Part shown: piece after piece, positions 39,045 to 48,233 of the stretch
Layout of the letters: the number at the start of each line of letters is the position of its first letter
How positions within the stretch are numbered: position 1 is the stretch's first letter
Source of the DNA: an uncultured Holophagales bacterium
GTDB taxonomy: Bacteria; Acidobacteriota; Thermoanaerobaculia; Multivoradales; UBA5704
Assembly: GCA_963842525.1 (NCBI GenBank)
Contig: CAWJGT010000003.1
Location: 128,001 to 192,000 of the forward strand
Length of the DNA stretch: 64,000 nucleotides
Direction of reading: 5' to 3'
Translations under genes and position numbers: made by a program
The notes under the pieces: model-generated
What the model was told of the DNA's origin: nothing
Databases searched by the model: none
What the model saw: the letters and a program-made list of their open reading frames with translations, nothing else

Positions 39045-42000
39045 ATGGACCTGCCACGGTACAGCACCGGACGCGGCCCGGAAGATTCGGCTCCGGACCT
39101 CGTGCCGCCGTTCCTCTTCCCCGGGACGACGATGCGCGTCTTCCCCCTCAAGGCGAACATGTTCCGCCTGCGGCACTTCTGCGACACCTACCTCAACCTG
39201 ATGCCGCCCACGGTCGCGCGGTTCCAACCGGCCCTCCCGTATGTCTACATGATCGTCCTCGACTACGGGAAGATGGCCGTGGAGGAGGCGAACTTCGGCT
39301 GGATCTCGCAGCATGAGATCACATTCAGCATACCGCTCGAATGGCAACGGCAGCGCGCTGGGTGCTGGGAGCTGGTCGACCAGGTCTACGTGAACCCCTT
39401 CATCTTCGTCGACAGCCCCTTGTCGCTGACCACGGGGCGGGAGGTCTACGGCTGGTCGAAAATCCTCACCGAGCTGAGCCCCGGCATCCACTCGTGGCTC
39501 TCGGACCCGCGCGGCCCGCAGCGGCTGATGAGCCTCCGCGTCAAGGGCCTGGCCGGGATGCCCGCGCCGAAGGGCGTGCTCCTGGCGGAGGTCGTCTCCG
39601 AGCCGCCGCCCAACCCGAGCCTGGTGCCGCCGGACCTGAATAACGCCTGGAATCCGCTGGTGTGCATCCCCCGGGCGCTCCTCGGCTCCTGGAGCCTCCT
39701 GCAGGACTTCTGCGACCTGTCCGCGGCCCTGCCCATCCGGGGCTATGGGCCGAGCCCGCTCTCCTTCTTCGAGCGGCTGCTCCGGTCGGGGAGGAGGAAC
39801 AGCCCGAGTCAATCCGAGTCCGCCTCCGGCATCGTGACCCTCAAACAGTTCCGCGACGCCGAGCATCCGGACTGCGCCTGCTACCAGGCCCTGATCCATT
39901 CCGAGATGACGACCCGGAGGTTCAACCGGGGCGGCTTGCTCGGCGACCTCGACCTGCTGCGCGGCGACACTACGGGCGGCTATCGGATCCGCCTCCACCA
40001 TCTCGAGGCCTTGCCGATCCTGGAGTCGCTCGGCCTGGAGGCAGCCCGGGAGGTGGGGTTCGAGTCCTCCTACGTGGCGACGCTGAGACCGGTCTTTCCC
40101 TTCTGGCTCGACCTGGACCTGGAGTACGGCACGGGCCAGGCCGTCTGCTGGCGGACGCGGGAGTCCGACTGGGTGGTGGCCGGCAAGCCGGCCATCAAGG
40201 GGAGCGGGTCGCAAGCTCCGGCGGCGCCCCGCGGGAACCGCTACAACACCGTCCAGGGCTCCGCCGTGCTGCCGGGCCCGTTCTCCTACCCGCAGACGAC
40301 CCTGCACGGCTTCGCCCTCGCGGCGGACCCGGGCCGGCTCAAGAAGTTCGTCGACGGGTACCTCAACCTCGACGGCCTCGAGGCTGAGGCCGGCCTCCGC
40401 TTCGAGCCCTGGGGAAACCTCGTGCTCCTCGTCGTTGTGCACGGAGAGATCCGGTCCCAGGCGACCGCGCTCGGGTCCCTGCCAGCGCGGGAGGCCGGCT
40501 TCTTCGTCCCGGTCAAGGTATTCGAAAAGCGGACGGTGCCCGGCAGGGGTGCGGCTGAAGAGGGGCCGTACAGCGTAGCCCTGGTGACGCCGTTCCTTTT
40601 CACGGACAACAGCCTGCTCGCCATCGCGCACCGCGAGATGGCGGGGCATGCGATCACCGAGGCCACCCTGGAAGGGCCTGACGATCCGCGGCTCCCCGGG
40701 CCGGAGGTATCCCGCTCCCTGTTGCGGGTGGTGAAGGACGTCTTTCCAGGCTTAGGGCTGGGACTGGGCGCGGAAAAGCGGGTGCTCGTCGAGCTCGTCC
40801 AGCAACCGGGACCGGCGGACTGGCAGCTCGCGGGAGGAGGGGGCGACGAGGGACGGGTCCTCTCGGATGTGCTGAGCCTGGCCCGCAACATCATCACGCT
40901 CAAGCAGTTCCGCGATGCTCAGGACCCGAGCCGCGCCTGCTATCAGTCGTTCGTCTCCATCAAGAGGATCACCGGGGCGATGGTTCAGCCCACCAAGATC
41001 ACCGAGAACATCCAGGTAAAGATCCACCGCTATCCCAGCCACCCGGTCGCCGAGATGCTCGGGCTCGCCGGGGATGACTCCGGCGCCGCGGTGGAGACCT
41101 TCCAGCCGCTGCTGGCGGTCTGGGCGCAGGTGCACCTGCGCACCGCCAGGCTCCGGGAGATCTGCTGGCGGGCAGGCTCGAAGTGGCAGCGGCGGCACGA
41201 AGAGCTCCGCTCCCTGAGCCTCCGCGGCGAGACCAAAAAGGAGGTGGGGAAGATCGAGACGATTCTGAACAATGTCCTGGATGGCTGGAATACCCGGCTC
41301 GGCAACGTGCCGGCGAGCGCCGCGGCCCCCGCTCCGCTCCGAGCCGCCCGCTCGACGGCCCAGGCCCAGGCCGACTACGTCGAATTCACCTGGGGCCAGC
41401 AGTTGCCCGCGCCGTACACGTTCAAGGATGTCCGTCTGCGCGGCTTCACCCTGGCCGCCTCGTACGACAAGCTCGCAGAGCTCTGCGACAGGTTCCTCAA
41501 CTTCAAAGGATTTCACTACGAGCCGTTCCCCACGCTGATCCCGGGACAGTCCGTGGTCTACCTGCAGGCCCTCACCTACGGGTCCATCCGGTCGCTCGTC
41601 CCCGCCTACGGGAACGCCGGGTACAGCCAGCAGGACGAGGTCTACTTCGCCGTTCCCGTGATCGATCCCCAGACCGGCGATTTCGGCCTCTTCACACCCG
41701 TCATCTTCGTGAGCAATCCCTGGTCGCTGACCGCCGGCCGGGAGGTGCTCGGGTTCCCCAAAGGCCTGGGCCAATTCGAGCTGCCCATGGATATGGAGAA
41801 CCCTTATCCGATCCGGGTGGAGACCATGGCCTTCAACGAGTTCCAGCCCGAGAGCCGGCTCTCCTGGGGGCCGCTGCTCGAGATCATCGACCGGCCGGGG
41901 CCGGTGGCCGCGGCAGAGGAATTCGATCCGCGGGGGTTCTGGCCTTTCGGCGACCTGCGGAAGCTTCATGGCGACAGGGGGCCTCTGCCGCTGAAGAAGG

Positions 42001-42302
42001 ACTACTTCGACCGGCTGGAGGAGATCGCGAAGGAGATGAGCTATTCGAGCATCCAGCTCAAGCAGATCCGCGGCCTGCTGGCGGCGAAGGCGGCCTACCA
42101 GGAGGTCGTCCGCTCGACGGTCAAGCTGACCTCGCTCGACAACGGCGGCTTCCTGCCGCCCGCCGGCATCCGGCTCTTCACGACCGAGACCCTGCCGACC
42201 GCGGACGTCCTCGGCCTCGACGTCCAGAACGGCGTCGTGGAACCCTACCTCCCCTTCTGGCTCGACTGCGGCTTCGACTTCCTGGACCCGGTGGTGGTGT
42301 AA
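39045..42302 (+). CDS. Three-domain acetoacetate-decarboxylase-like protein
   Basis: Three repeats of FCD/VDxxLN...P(F/V)xFxxxxxxxxxxRE..G...LKQ...YQ. Confidence 0.8.
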   Translation: MDLPRYSTGRGPEDSAPDLVPPFLFPGTTMRVFPLKANMFRLRHFCDTYLNLMPPTVARFQPALPYVYMIVLDYGKMAVEEANFGWISQHEITFSIPLEWQRQRAGCWELVDQVYVNPFIFVDSPLSLTTGREVYGWSKILTELSPGIHSWLSDPRGPQRLMSLRVKGLAGMPAPKGVLLAEVVSEPPPNPSLVPPDLNNAWNPLVCIPRALLGSWSLLQDFCDLSAALPIRGYGPSPLSFFERLLRSGRRNSPSQSESASGIVTLKQFRDAEHPDCACYQALIHSEMTTRRFNRGGLLGDLDLLRGDTTGGYRIRLHHLEALPILESLGLEAAREVGFESSYVATLRPVFPFWLDLDLEYGTGQAVCWRTRESDWVVAGKPAIKGSGSQAPAAPRGNRYNTVQGSAVLPGPFSYPQTTLHGFALAADPGRLKKFVDGYLNLDGLEAEAGLRFEPWGNLVLLVVVHGEIRSQATALGSLPAREAGFFVPVKVFEKRTVPGRGAAEEGPYSVALVTPFLFTDNSLLAIAHREMAGHAITEATLEGPDDPRLPGPEVSRSLLRVVKDVFPGLGLGLGAEKRVLVELVQQPGPADWQLAGGGGDEGRVLSDVLSLARNIITLKQFRDAQDPSRACYQSFVSIKRITGAMVQPTKITENIQVKIHRYPSHPVAEMLGLAGDDSGAAVETFQPLLAVWAQVHLRTARLREICWRAGSKWQRRHEELRSLSLRGETKKEVGKIETILNNVLDGWNTRLGNVPASAAAPAPLRAARSTAQAQADYVEFTWGQQLPAPYTFKDVRLRGFTLAASYDKLAELCDRFLNFKGFHYEPFPTLIPGQSVVYLQALTYGSIRSLVPAYGNAGYSQQDEVYFAVPVIDPQTGDFGLFTPVIFVSNPWSLTAGREVLGFPKGLGQFELPMDMENPYPIRVETMAFNEFQPESRLSWGPLLEIIDRPGPVAAAEEFDPRGFWPFGDLRKLHGDRGPLPLKKDYFDRLEEIAKEMSYSSIQLKQIRGLLAAKAAYQEVVRSTVKLTSLDNGGFLPPAGIRLFTTETLPTADVLGLDVQNGVVEPYLPFWLDCGFDFLDPVVV

Positions 42303-42410
42303 AGCGTTCAGCGCCAGGCGGGCGGCCGGTTATCGCACTCCGCCTCCCTCGGGCCCGCCTTTTTCTCTCTTGACAGGACCAGCGGGACGGCGACAAGCTA
42401 TTCCGCACTC

Positions 42411-43086
42411 ATGACGGCGACCCGGAGGCCGGGTCGATCGTCTGTTGCAGGAGGGAATCGCGGCTCTGCGATACGAGGAACCTCAGCTCGAGCCAACGGA
42501 GGTGGACCTGCTGGCGGCCTTCGACGTCCTGGTCCAGGAGGTCGGGCGCCTGCGCAAGCTGCTCCTGAAGCTGGGCCATGCCCAGGAGCTGTTCCAGGGC
42601 AGGGTCGAAGAGGAGGTCGGGCGCCTCTCCCAGGCTCTGGACCGCGGCACGGCTGCCAGCCCCGGGGACCGGGACGCCGCCCGAGACGCCGCCCGAGACG
42701 CAATACCGAGCCCGCCCCAGCTTCGGACGTTGATGGAGCTCGACCGGGCGGTCCTCTATCTGCTCGCCTTCGTCCAGGATGGGGGCCGCGGCCCGCTCGC
42801 GAGCAATCCAGGGGAGGCGGACATGAGCCCGCGCTCGGTCCGGGAGGGGCTGGCCCTCCTGCAGGTCCGCGTGCGCAACCTCCAGAAGTCGTTCGGCCTC
42901 GAGCCGATCCCTTCGACGGGCTACCTGTTCGACGACCGCTGGCACCAGGCGTACGGCGTCTGCCACCGGCCCGATCTGGAGGATGGCGAGGTGGCCGAGG
43001 AGGTCCTGCCCGGGTACCGCCTGGGAGAGAAGGTGGCGCGGCCGGCTCTGGTGATCGTCAACCGTCACATGGAGGGACAAGAGTGA
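42411..43086 (+). CDS. GrpE-like nucleotide exchange factor (start 42411 needs an indel fix; TTG at 42445 otherwise)
   Basis: GLEPIPSTGYLFDDRWHQA...GEVAEEVLPGYRLGEKVARPALVIV. Confidence 0.8.
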
Positions 43087-44852
43087 AAGAAACGATTTTC
43101 GGCATCGATCTGGGGACGACCAACTCCTGCCTCGCGCTCGTGGAGCCGGGCGGGCCGCGAGTGATCGACATCGACGGCCAGCCCATCGTCCCGTCCGTGG
43201 TGAGCCTCGACCGCAAGACCGGCGCGATGATCGTCGGGAGCCGGGCGCGCAATCGCCTGGCGCTCGAGCCGGGGTGGACCGTGCGCTCCATCAAGCGGCG
43301 GATGGGGCTGAACGAGCCGGTGCGGATCGGCGACCGGACGCTGCTGCCGGAAGAGATCTCCGCCGAGATCCTCCGCTATCTGCGCGAGCAGGGCGGGGAG
43401 GCCTGTGGCCGGGAGGTGCGCCGGGCTGTGATCACCGTCCCCGCGTACTTCGGCGACGCGCAGCGGCGGGCCACCCTGCGGGCCGGCGAGCTCGCCGGGC
43501 TCGACGTGGTGCGGCTCCTCAACGAGCCGACCGCCGCCGCTCTCGTCTATGACCGCACCTGGGTGCGCGGTCACGGCGCCGGAGCGGCGCTATCGGACAT
43601 TGCGGGAGCGGCGCTGTCCGACGTCGCCGGCTCCGGGCCCGGGGCACCGCAGCGGGTCCTGGTCTACGACCTGGGCGGCGGCACGTTCGACGTATCGGTG
43701 GTCGAGATCGGCGGCGAGATCAACGAGGTGCGCGCGAGCTGCGGCAACAACCATCTCGGCGGCGACGACTTCGACCTCCTGCTGGCGGAGCACATCCTGG
43801 CCGAGGTGCGCGAGCGCTACGGACGCGATCTCGGCGACGATCCGCGCGCCCGCGCACGGCTGCTCGACGCCGCGGAACGGGCGAAGATCGACCTCTCGAC
43901 GCACCCCTACGCGCGGGTCACCGAAGAGGCCCTGGCCCCGGGGCTCCATCTCGACCTGGAGATCGAGCGGACCGCCTTCGAAGAGCTGATCCAGCGCGAT
44001 CTCGACGGTACGCTTGCGGAGGTGGACCGCGCTCTCGCGGAGGCGCGCCTGCGGCCCGGGCAGATCGACCGGGTGGTCCTGGTGGGCGGCTCGACGCGCA
44101 TCCCCAAGGTTCTCCAGATGCTCGAAAACCGTTTCGAATGCCCTGTCGAGCACGCGATCGATCCGGCTCTGGGCGTGGGGTTGGGCGCCGCTCTGCAGGG
44201 CGCCATCCTGGGCGGTGAGATCTTCGACCAGATCCTGGTCGACGTGGCGGCCCACTCGCTGGGGGTCAGGACGCTGGGCGGCGCATTTCCGATGAGCATG
44301 GGGGAGCATTTCTCGGCCGTCATTCGCCGCAACACCCAGATCCCCGCCACCCGTTCGGAGGTCTACTTCACGATCCACGACAACCAGGAGAAAGTGCAGG
44401 TCGCGGTCTATCAGGGCGAGAGCGTCCGGTGCAGCGAGAATACCTTCATTGGTCACTTTTTCTTCGAGCTGGCGCCCATGCCGGCGGACAGCCCGGTGCT
44501 CGTGGAATTCAGCTACGACCTCGACGGGATCATCCGCGTGGTGGTGAGCCAGAAGGGCACCGACCGGCGCAAGGAGGTGACGCTGAGCACCCGCCGCGGC
44601 GGCCCGGATGCCGCGGATACCGCGGCGCCGGTTGGAGCGCGGCCGGTGGACAACTACATCCTGCGCAAGGCCCGGGCGCTTGCCGCTTCCCTGCCGGCCG
44701 GCGACATGCAGGAGCGCCTGCGAACGGCTGCTGTTGCCTACGAGGCGGAGCTGGGGCGCGGCGAGGGATCGCCCGATCTGGAGCAGGCGGAGAACGAGCT
44801 TTTGGAGCTTCTCGAGGCGCTGGAGGAGGCGCCGCTGTCCAGTGAGCCGTAG
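43083..44852 (+). CDS. Hsp70/DnaK-family chaperone (non-canonical paralog)
   Basis: GIDLGTTNS, VITVPAYF, NEPTAAA, YDLGGGTFDVS, LGGDDFD, LVGGSTRIP; GTGA coupling to the GrpE-like gene. Confidence 0.93.
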   Translation: MKETIFGIDLGTTNSCLALVEPGGPRVIDIDGQPIVPSVVSLDRKTGAMIVGSRARNRLALEPGWTVRSIKRRMGLNEPVRIGDRTLLPEEISAEILRYLREQGGEACGREVRRAVITVPAYFGDAQRRATLRAGELAGLDVVRLLNEPTAAALVYDRTWVRGHGAGAALSDIAGAALSDVAGSGPGAPQRVLVYDLGGGTFDVSVVEIGGEINEVRASCGNNHLGGDDFDLLLAEHILAEVRERYGRDLGDDPRARARLLDAAERAKIDLSTHPYARVTEEALAPGLHLDLEIERTAFEELIQRDLDGTLAEVDRALAEARLRPGQIDRVVLVGGSTRIPKVLQMLENRFECPVEHAIDPALGVGLGAALQGAILGGEIFDQILVDVAAHSLGVRTLGGAFPMSMGEHFSAVIRRNTQIPATRSEVYFTIHDNQEKVQVAVYQGESVRCSENTFIGHFFFELAPMPADSPVLVEFSYDLDGIIRVVVSQKGTDRRKEVTLSTRRGGPDAADTAAPVGARPVDNYILRKARALAASLPAGDMQERLRTAAVAYEAELGRGEGSPDLEQAENELLELLEALEEAPLSSEP

Positions 44853-47007
44853 ACGGCAGCAGAAGAAGGAGCTTCAGCGGCTCGTGTCTCTGGAGCGGCA
44901 GCTCGAGGCTCTCTATCAGCGCGGAGCCGACGGGGAGCTCCTGGAGCTGGCTCATCGGCCCGGCCGGCCTGCCCTGTCGCCAGAAGCGGCCGGTCTCTAC
45001 GGGGAGGTGGTGGACCGGACGTTGCGCCGGGCCCTCGCCGGCAGTGACCTCGCAGCGGTCGACCGCCTCCTCCGGCAGATCGGCCGCGAGGCTGCGGACC
45101 GGCCGTGGGTGCGGCTCGCCGAGGCCGTGAGGCATCTGGTGGAGGGGAAGCTCGACGCGGCCCGAACCTGCCTGGCCGCGTTGTCCGATCCTTCGCTCCC
45201 GTCGCAGCTCGTGGCAGCTCTCGCCGCGTTCTGCGCTCCGAGCCCCGAGCCCGCCGTCGAGGAGCCGGTGCCGCAGGCCCTGGACCGTCTCTACCGCTCG
45301 CTCGCCACCCTCGCCGAGCAGGGCTCCCGCCCGGAAGCCGTCCACCTTGCGGGCCTGGAAAAGGACGTGGCACTCCTGTGTGCGGAGCTCTCCGGCGATC
45401 CGGCGGCGAAGAAGCTGCTCGATGCCGCGCAGGCGTGCCTCCTCCGCCTGGCCGAGCTGGCGGACCTGGAGCAGGCGCTGCGCGGTGAGGAGGGGAGCGC
45501 CAACGTCCATCGGCTCTTCCTGGAGCGGGTGAACCGCCTCTCCGGTCCCCTGCTGGAGGCCCTTCGCGACAGTCCGGCCGTTCCCTTGATGCAGCCTCTG
45601 CGGCAGGCCCTGCGTCTGCGCTGGCGGGCGGTCCTCTCGCTCGTGATGGGGCGCGGGGACGATGAAGCCTGGCCTGCGGCCTTTGCGGGCTCCCCCTCTC
45701 TCTTCGCCCTGGACGTGGAGGCTGGCGATGGCCGGGCCCGGCTGGCACATCGCCAGGAGCTGCGCGAGCTCCTGGCGGCCGGGCGTTACCAGGCGCTCGC
45801 GCGCCGGTTGGCCTCCTGGAGCAGGTCCGAGCGGGTGCCCGAGCGCCTGGCCCGGCTCTGGAGCCTCGAGCTCTGGGCCTGGGAGCACGCGGCGACCGGC
45901 GGGGCTATGGAGGATGAGATCGTGGCGGCGCCCTCGGACACGGAGATGCATGATGTCCTGCTCCGCCTCGTGGCCATGGCCGGCGAGATCGAGCAGCGGT
46001 TCCCTGCCGAGCAGCGCCCCGAGGTCGCCCGCTTCCTGCGCACGGGGCTGTTCGATCTCTTCGAGACCGTGTACTTCTGCGACCATTTCCTCGCCGCCGC
46101 CGCGGCACTGCTCCGGCACCTCCCGGACGACCCCGGGCTGCTGGGAGTGGCGGTCACCGCCGCGGTCTGTGCGCAGGATCACCAGGCGTGCGCTGTGTTC
46201 GCGTCCCTCATCGCGGCCCGGACGGGTGTGCCGGACATGGAGCAGGAGCCCCTCTTGCGGCTCATCCCCCAGCTCGCGCATGAACCGGCGCGGCACGCCG
46301 CGCGCATTCTGCCCCTGCTGCGCCCCCTCCTGGAAGGGGAGGCCTGGTCGCGCGCCGTCTCGGCGTTCGCACAGCGGGTCACCAACCTCGCCTGCTCCGG
46401 TCTCCGCCGGGACGACAGCGAGCTCTGGGTGCACGACATCGTCCGGGACATCGGGCTCTACCGGACCGCGCTGCCCGACTCGGGCCAGCTCGCCGTCCTG
46501 GACGCAGCGGTCCGCTGCCTGCGCAGAGCCGGCGAGCCGCGGGATCTGCGCCAGCTCCTGGAGAGGACCCCCGGCCTCGCGCCGGCCCTTGTCGCGGTGC
46601 AGGTGTTGGTGGCCGCCGGCCCCCTGGTGCTCCCGCCCGTCCGGAAAGCTCTCGAGGATGTCCGGGAGACCGCCATCGAGCGCCTCGACGCCGACTGGCG
46701 GGTGTGGCGGCCGGCGTTACCCGACCTGGTGATCGGTGCGGAGAAGGGAACGGTCCGTAAGCTGCGCAAGCGGCTGCAACAACTCCTGCGCCAGCGCGAC
46801 CTCGGCGACACGGACCGGAAAGCGTTCGAAGAGATGCGCGAACAGATCCAGATGATGCAAAGCCTGGAGAAAGACCTGTGGCGAGACCTCGGTGGCTGGA
46901 GCATCCCCCACGACGAGGACGACAAGAGCGAGGAGAGCAAGCCGCCCCGCCCGAGGAAGTCACGCCGGCGCGCTGCCGGCGACGACCTGCAGCCCGAGCC
47001 TTTCTGA
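44842..47007 (+). CDS. Large all-helical hypothetical protein (721 aa)
   Basis: GTG 44842 overlaps the Hsp70 stop; Leu/Ala/Arg-rich helices. Confidence 0.75.
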   Translation: MSRRRQQKKELQRLVSLERQLEALYQRGADGELLELAHRPGRPALSPEAAGLYGEVVDRTLRRALAGSDLAAVDRLLRQIGREAADRPWVRLAEAVRHLVEGKLDAARTCLAALSDPSLPSQLVAALAAFCAPSPEPAVEEPVPQALDRLYRSLATLAEQGSRPEAVHLAGLEKDVALLCAELSGDPAAKKLLDAAQACLLRLAELADLEQALRGEEGSANVHRLFLERVNRLSGPLLEALRDSPAVPLMQPLRQALRLRWRAVLSLVMGRGDDEAWPAAFAGSPSLFALDVEAGDGRARLAHRQELRELLAAGRYQALARRLASWSRSERVPERLARLWSLELWAWEHAATGGAMEDEIVAAPSDTEMHDVLLRLVAMAGEIEQRFPAEQRPEVARFLRTGLFDLFETVYFCDHFLAAAAALLRHLPDDPGLLGVAVTAAVCAQDHQACAVFASLIAARTGVPDMEQEPLLRLIPQLAHEPARHAARILPLLRPLLEGEAWSRAVSAFAQRVTNLACSGLRRDDSELWVHDIVRDIGLYRTALPDSGQLAVLDAAVRCLRRAGEPRDLRQLLERTPGLAPALVAVQVLVAAGPLVLPPVRKALEDVRETAIERLDADWRVWRPALPDLVIGAEKGTVRKLRKRLQQLLRQRDLGDTDRKAFEEMREQIQMMQSLEKDLWRDLGGWSIPHDEDDKSEESKPPRPRKSRRRAAGDDLQPEPF

Positions 47008-47022
47008 ACCGGAGGCCGTTGC

Positions 47023-47373
47023 ATGGACGATTCCTATCAAGTGCTCGGGCTGAAGCCGGGTGCCGCCAGGGAAGAGATCGATCGCGCCTACCGCACCCTG
47101 GTCCGCCGCTATCCGCCGGAGCTCAATCCCGAGCGTTTCGCCCTCATCCATGACGCCTACGACCGGCTCCGCTCCTTCGAGCGCACGATGGAAGAGGTAC
47201 GCAAAATCCCCGAAGCCGGGCTGGACTCGCTGTTCCCGGTGCCCCGGATGAGCCTGCGGCCTTTCGCTCCCCTGGACGCGCCTCTGCAGCCGCAGGACCT
47301 GGAGCCGCTCCTGCGTCCGTGGCGTTGTATCCTGCTGGCACGCCTGCTCCGCGAGCACCTCGCAGAGCGCTGA
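47023..47373 (+). CDS. J-domain-like protein lacking HPD
   Basis: YQVLGLKPGAAREEIDRAYRTLVRRYPPELNPERFALIHDAYDRL. Confidence 0.85.
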   Translation: MDDSYQVLGLKPGAAREEIDRAYRTLVRRYPPELNPERFALIHDAYDRLRSFERTMEEVRKIPEAGLDSLFPVPRMSLRPFAPLDAPLQPQDLEPLLRPWRCILLARLLREHLAER

Positions 47374-47654
47374 GCCGCAGGTTCGGCCCTGGGAGCGCCG
47401 GCGTCTCGCCGGCTCTACTTCCCCGTAGCCGCCTCCTGGACCCCCAGGGCGCCGCCCGAGCCTCCCCTCCCTTCAGGCCTCTCCTCAACGGCCAAGAGCA
47501 GCCGCCTCAATAGGGTCCTCAGGCTCGTTCGGAGGTAACTCGGGCCACGCGCACCCTGGGAAAAACAGCCCTGGCTTGGTCGACCGGTTGGCGGCCGGCC
47601 GCGCGGCGGAGTAGAGTCTTGCCTATAGGCGGATCGACTCCGAGCGAGCTCCCG

Positions 47655-48233
47655 ATGTCCTCTCCTGACGAAGTCACCCGGCTGTTGCGGGCCTGGCGAA
47701 GCGGCGACGCGGGCGCTCTGGAGGAGCTTGCGCCGCTGGTCTATGCCGAGCTTCACCGCCTGGCCGAGAGCCGCATCCGGCATGAGCGGGCCGACCATAC
47801 CCTGCAGGCCACGGCCCTGGTGCACGAGGCCTATCTCCGGCTGGCGGGCGCCGACGCTCCCGACTGGCAGGACCGGGCCCACTTCTTCGCCGTCGCCGCG
47901 CGGATGATGCGGCGCATCCTGGTCGATCATGCCCGCGCCCGCGGCGGCCCCAAACGCGGCGGCTCCGTGCGCAAGGTCTCACTGGAGGAAGCCGCCGTGC
48001 TCACGGACGAACGCACGGAGGACATTCTCGAGCTGGACGAGGCCCTCGGCCGGCTGGCCGCTTTCGATCCCCGCCAGCACCAGGTGGTGGAGCTGCGGTT
48101 CTTCGGCGGCCTGTCGGTCGAGGAGACGGCGGAGGTGCTCGGCCTGTCTCCGATCACGGTGAAGCGCGACTGGCGGGTGGCGCGGGCCTGGCTGTATGCG
48201 GAGCTTGCGGGAGCCCGGGGAGCAGAGGCGTGA
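47655..48233 (+). CDS. ECF sigma factor (kinase-associated, TIGR02999-like)
   Basis: VYAELHRLA, HTLQATALVHEAYLRL, ILVDHAR, VELRFFGGLS, TVKRDW. Confidence 0.92.
   Translation: MSSPDEVTRLLRAWRSGDAGALEELAPLVYAELHRLAESRIRHERADHTLQATALVHEAYLRLAGADAPDWQDRAHFFAVAARMMRRILVDHARARGGPKRGGSVRKVSLEEAAVLTDERTEDILELDEALGRLAAFDPRQHQVVELRFFGGLSVEETAEVLGLSPITVKRDWRVARAWLYAELAGARGAEA

Noticed and set aside
36746-39316. 856-aa ORF taken as the real protein
   Set aside because: The tail after ~38700 is out-of-frame and overlaps the next gene; homology continues in the frame ending at 38993.
42330-42410. CIRCE or sigma70 heat-shock promoter before the GrpE-like gene
   Set aside because: GCACTC half-sites lack the inverted GAGTGC partner; TTGACA has no -10 box at 16-18 bp.
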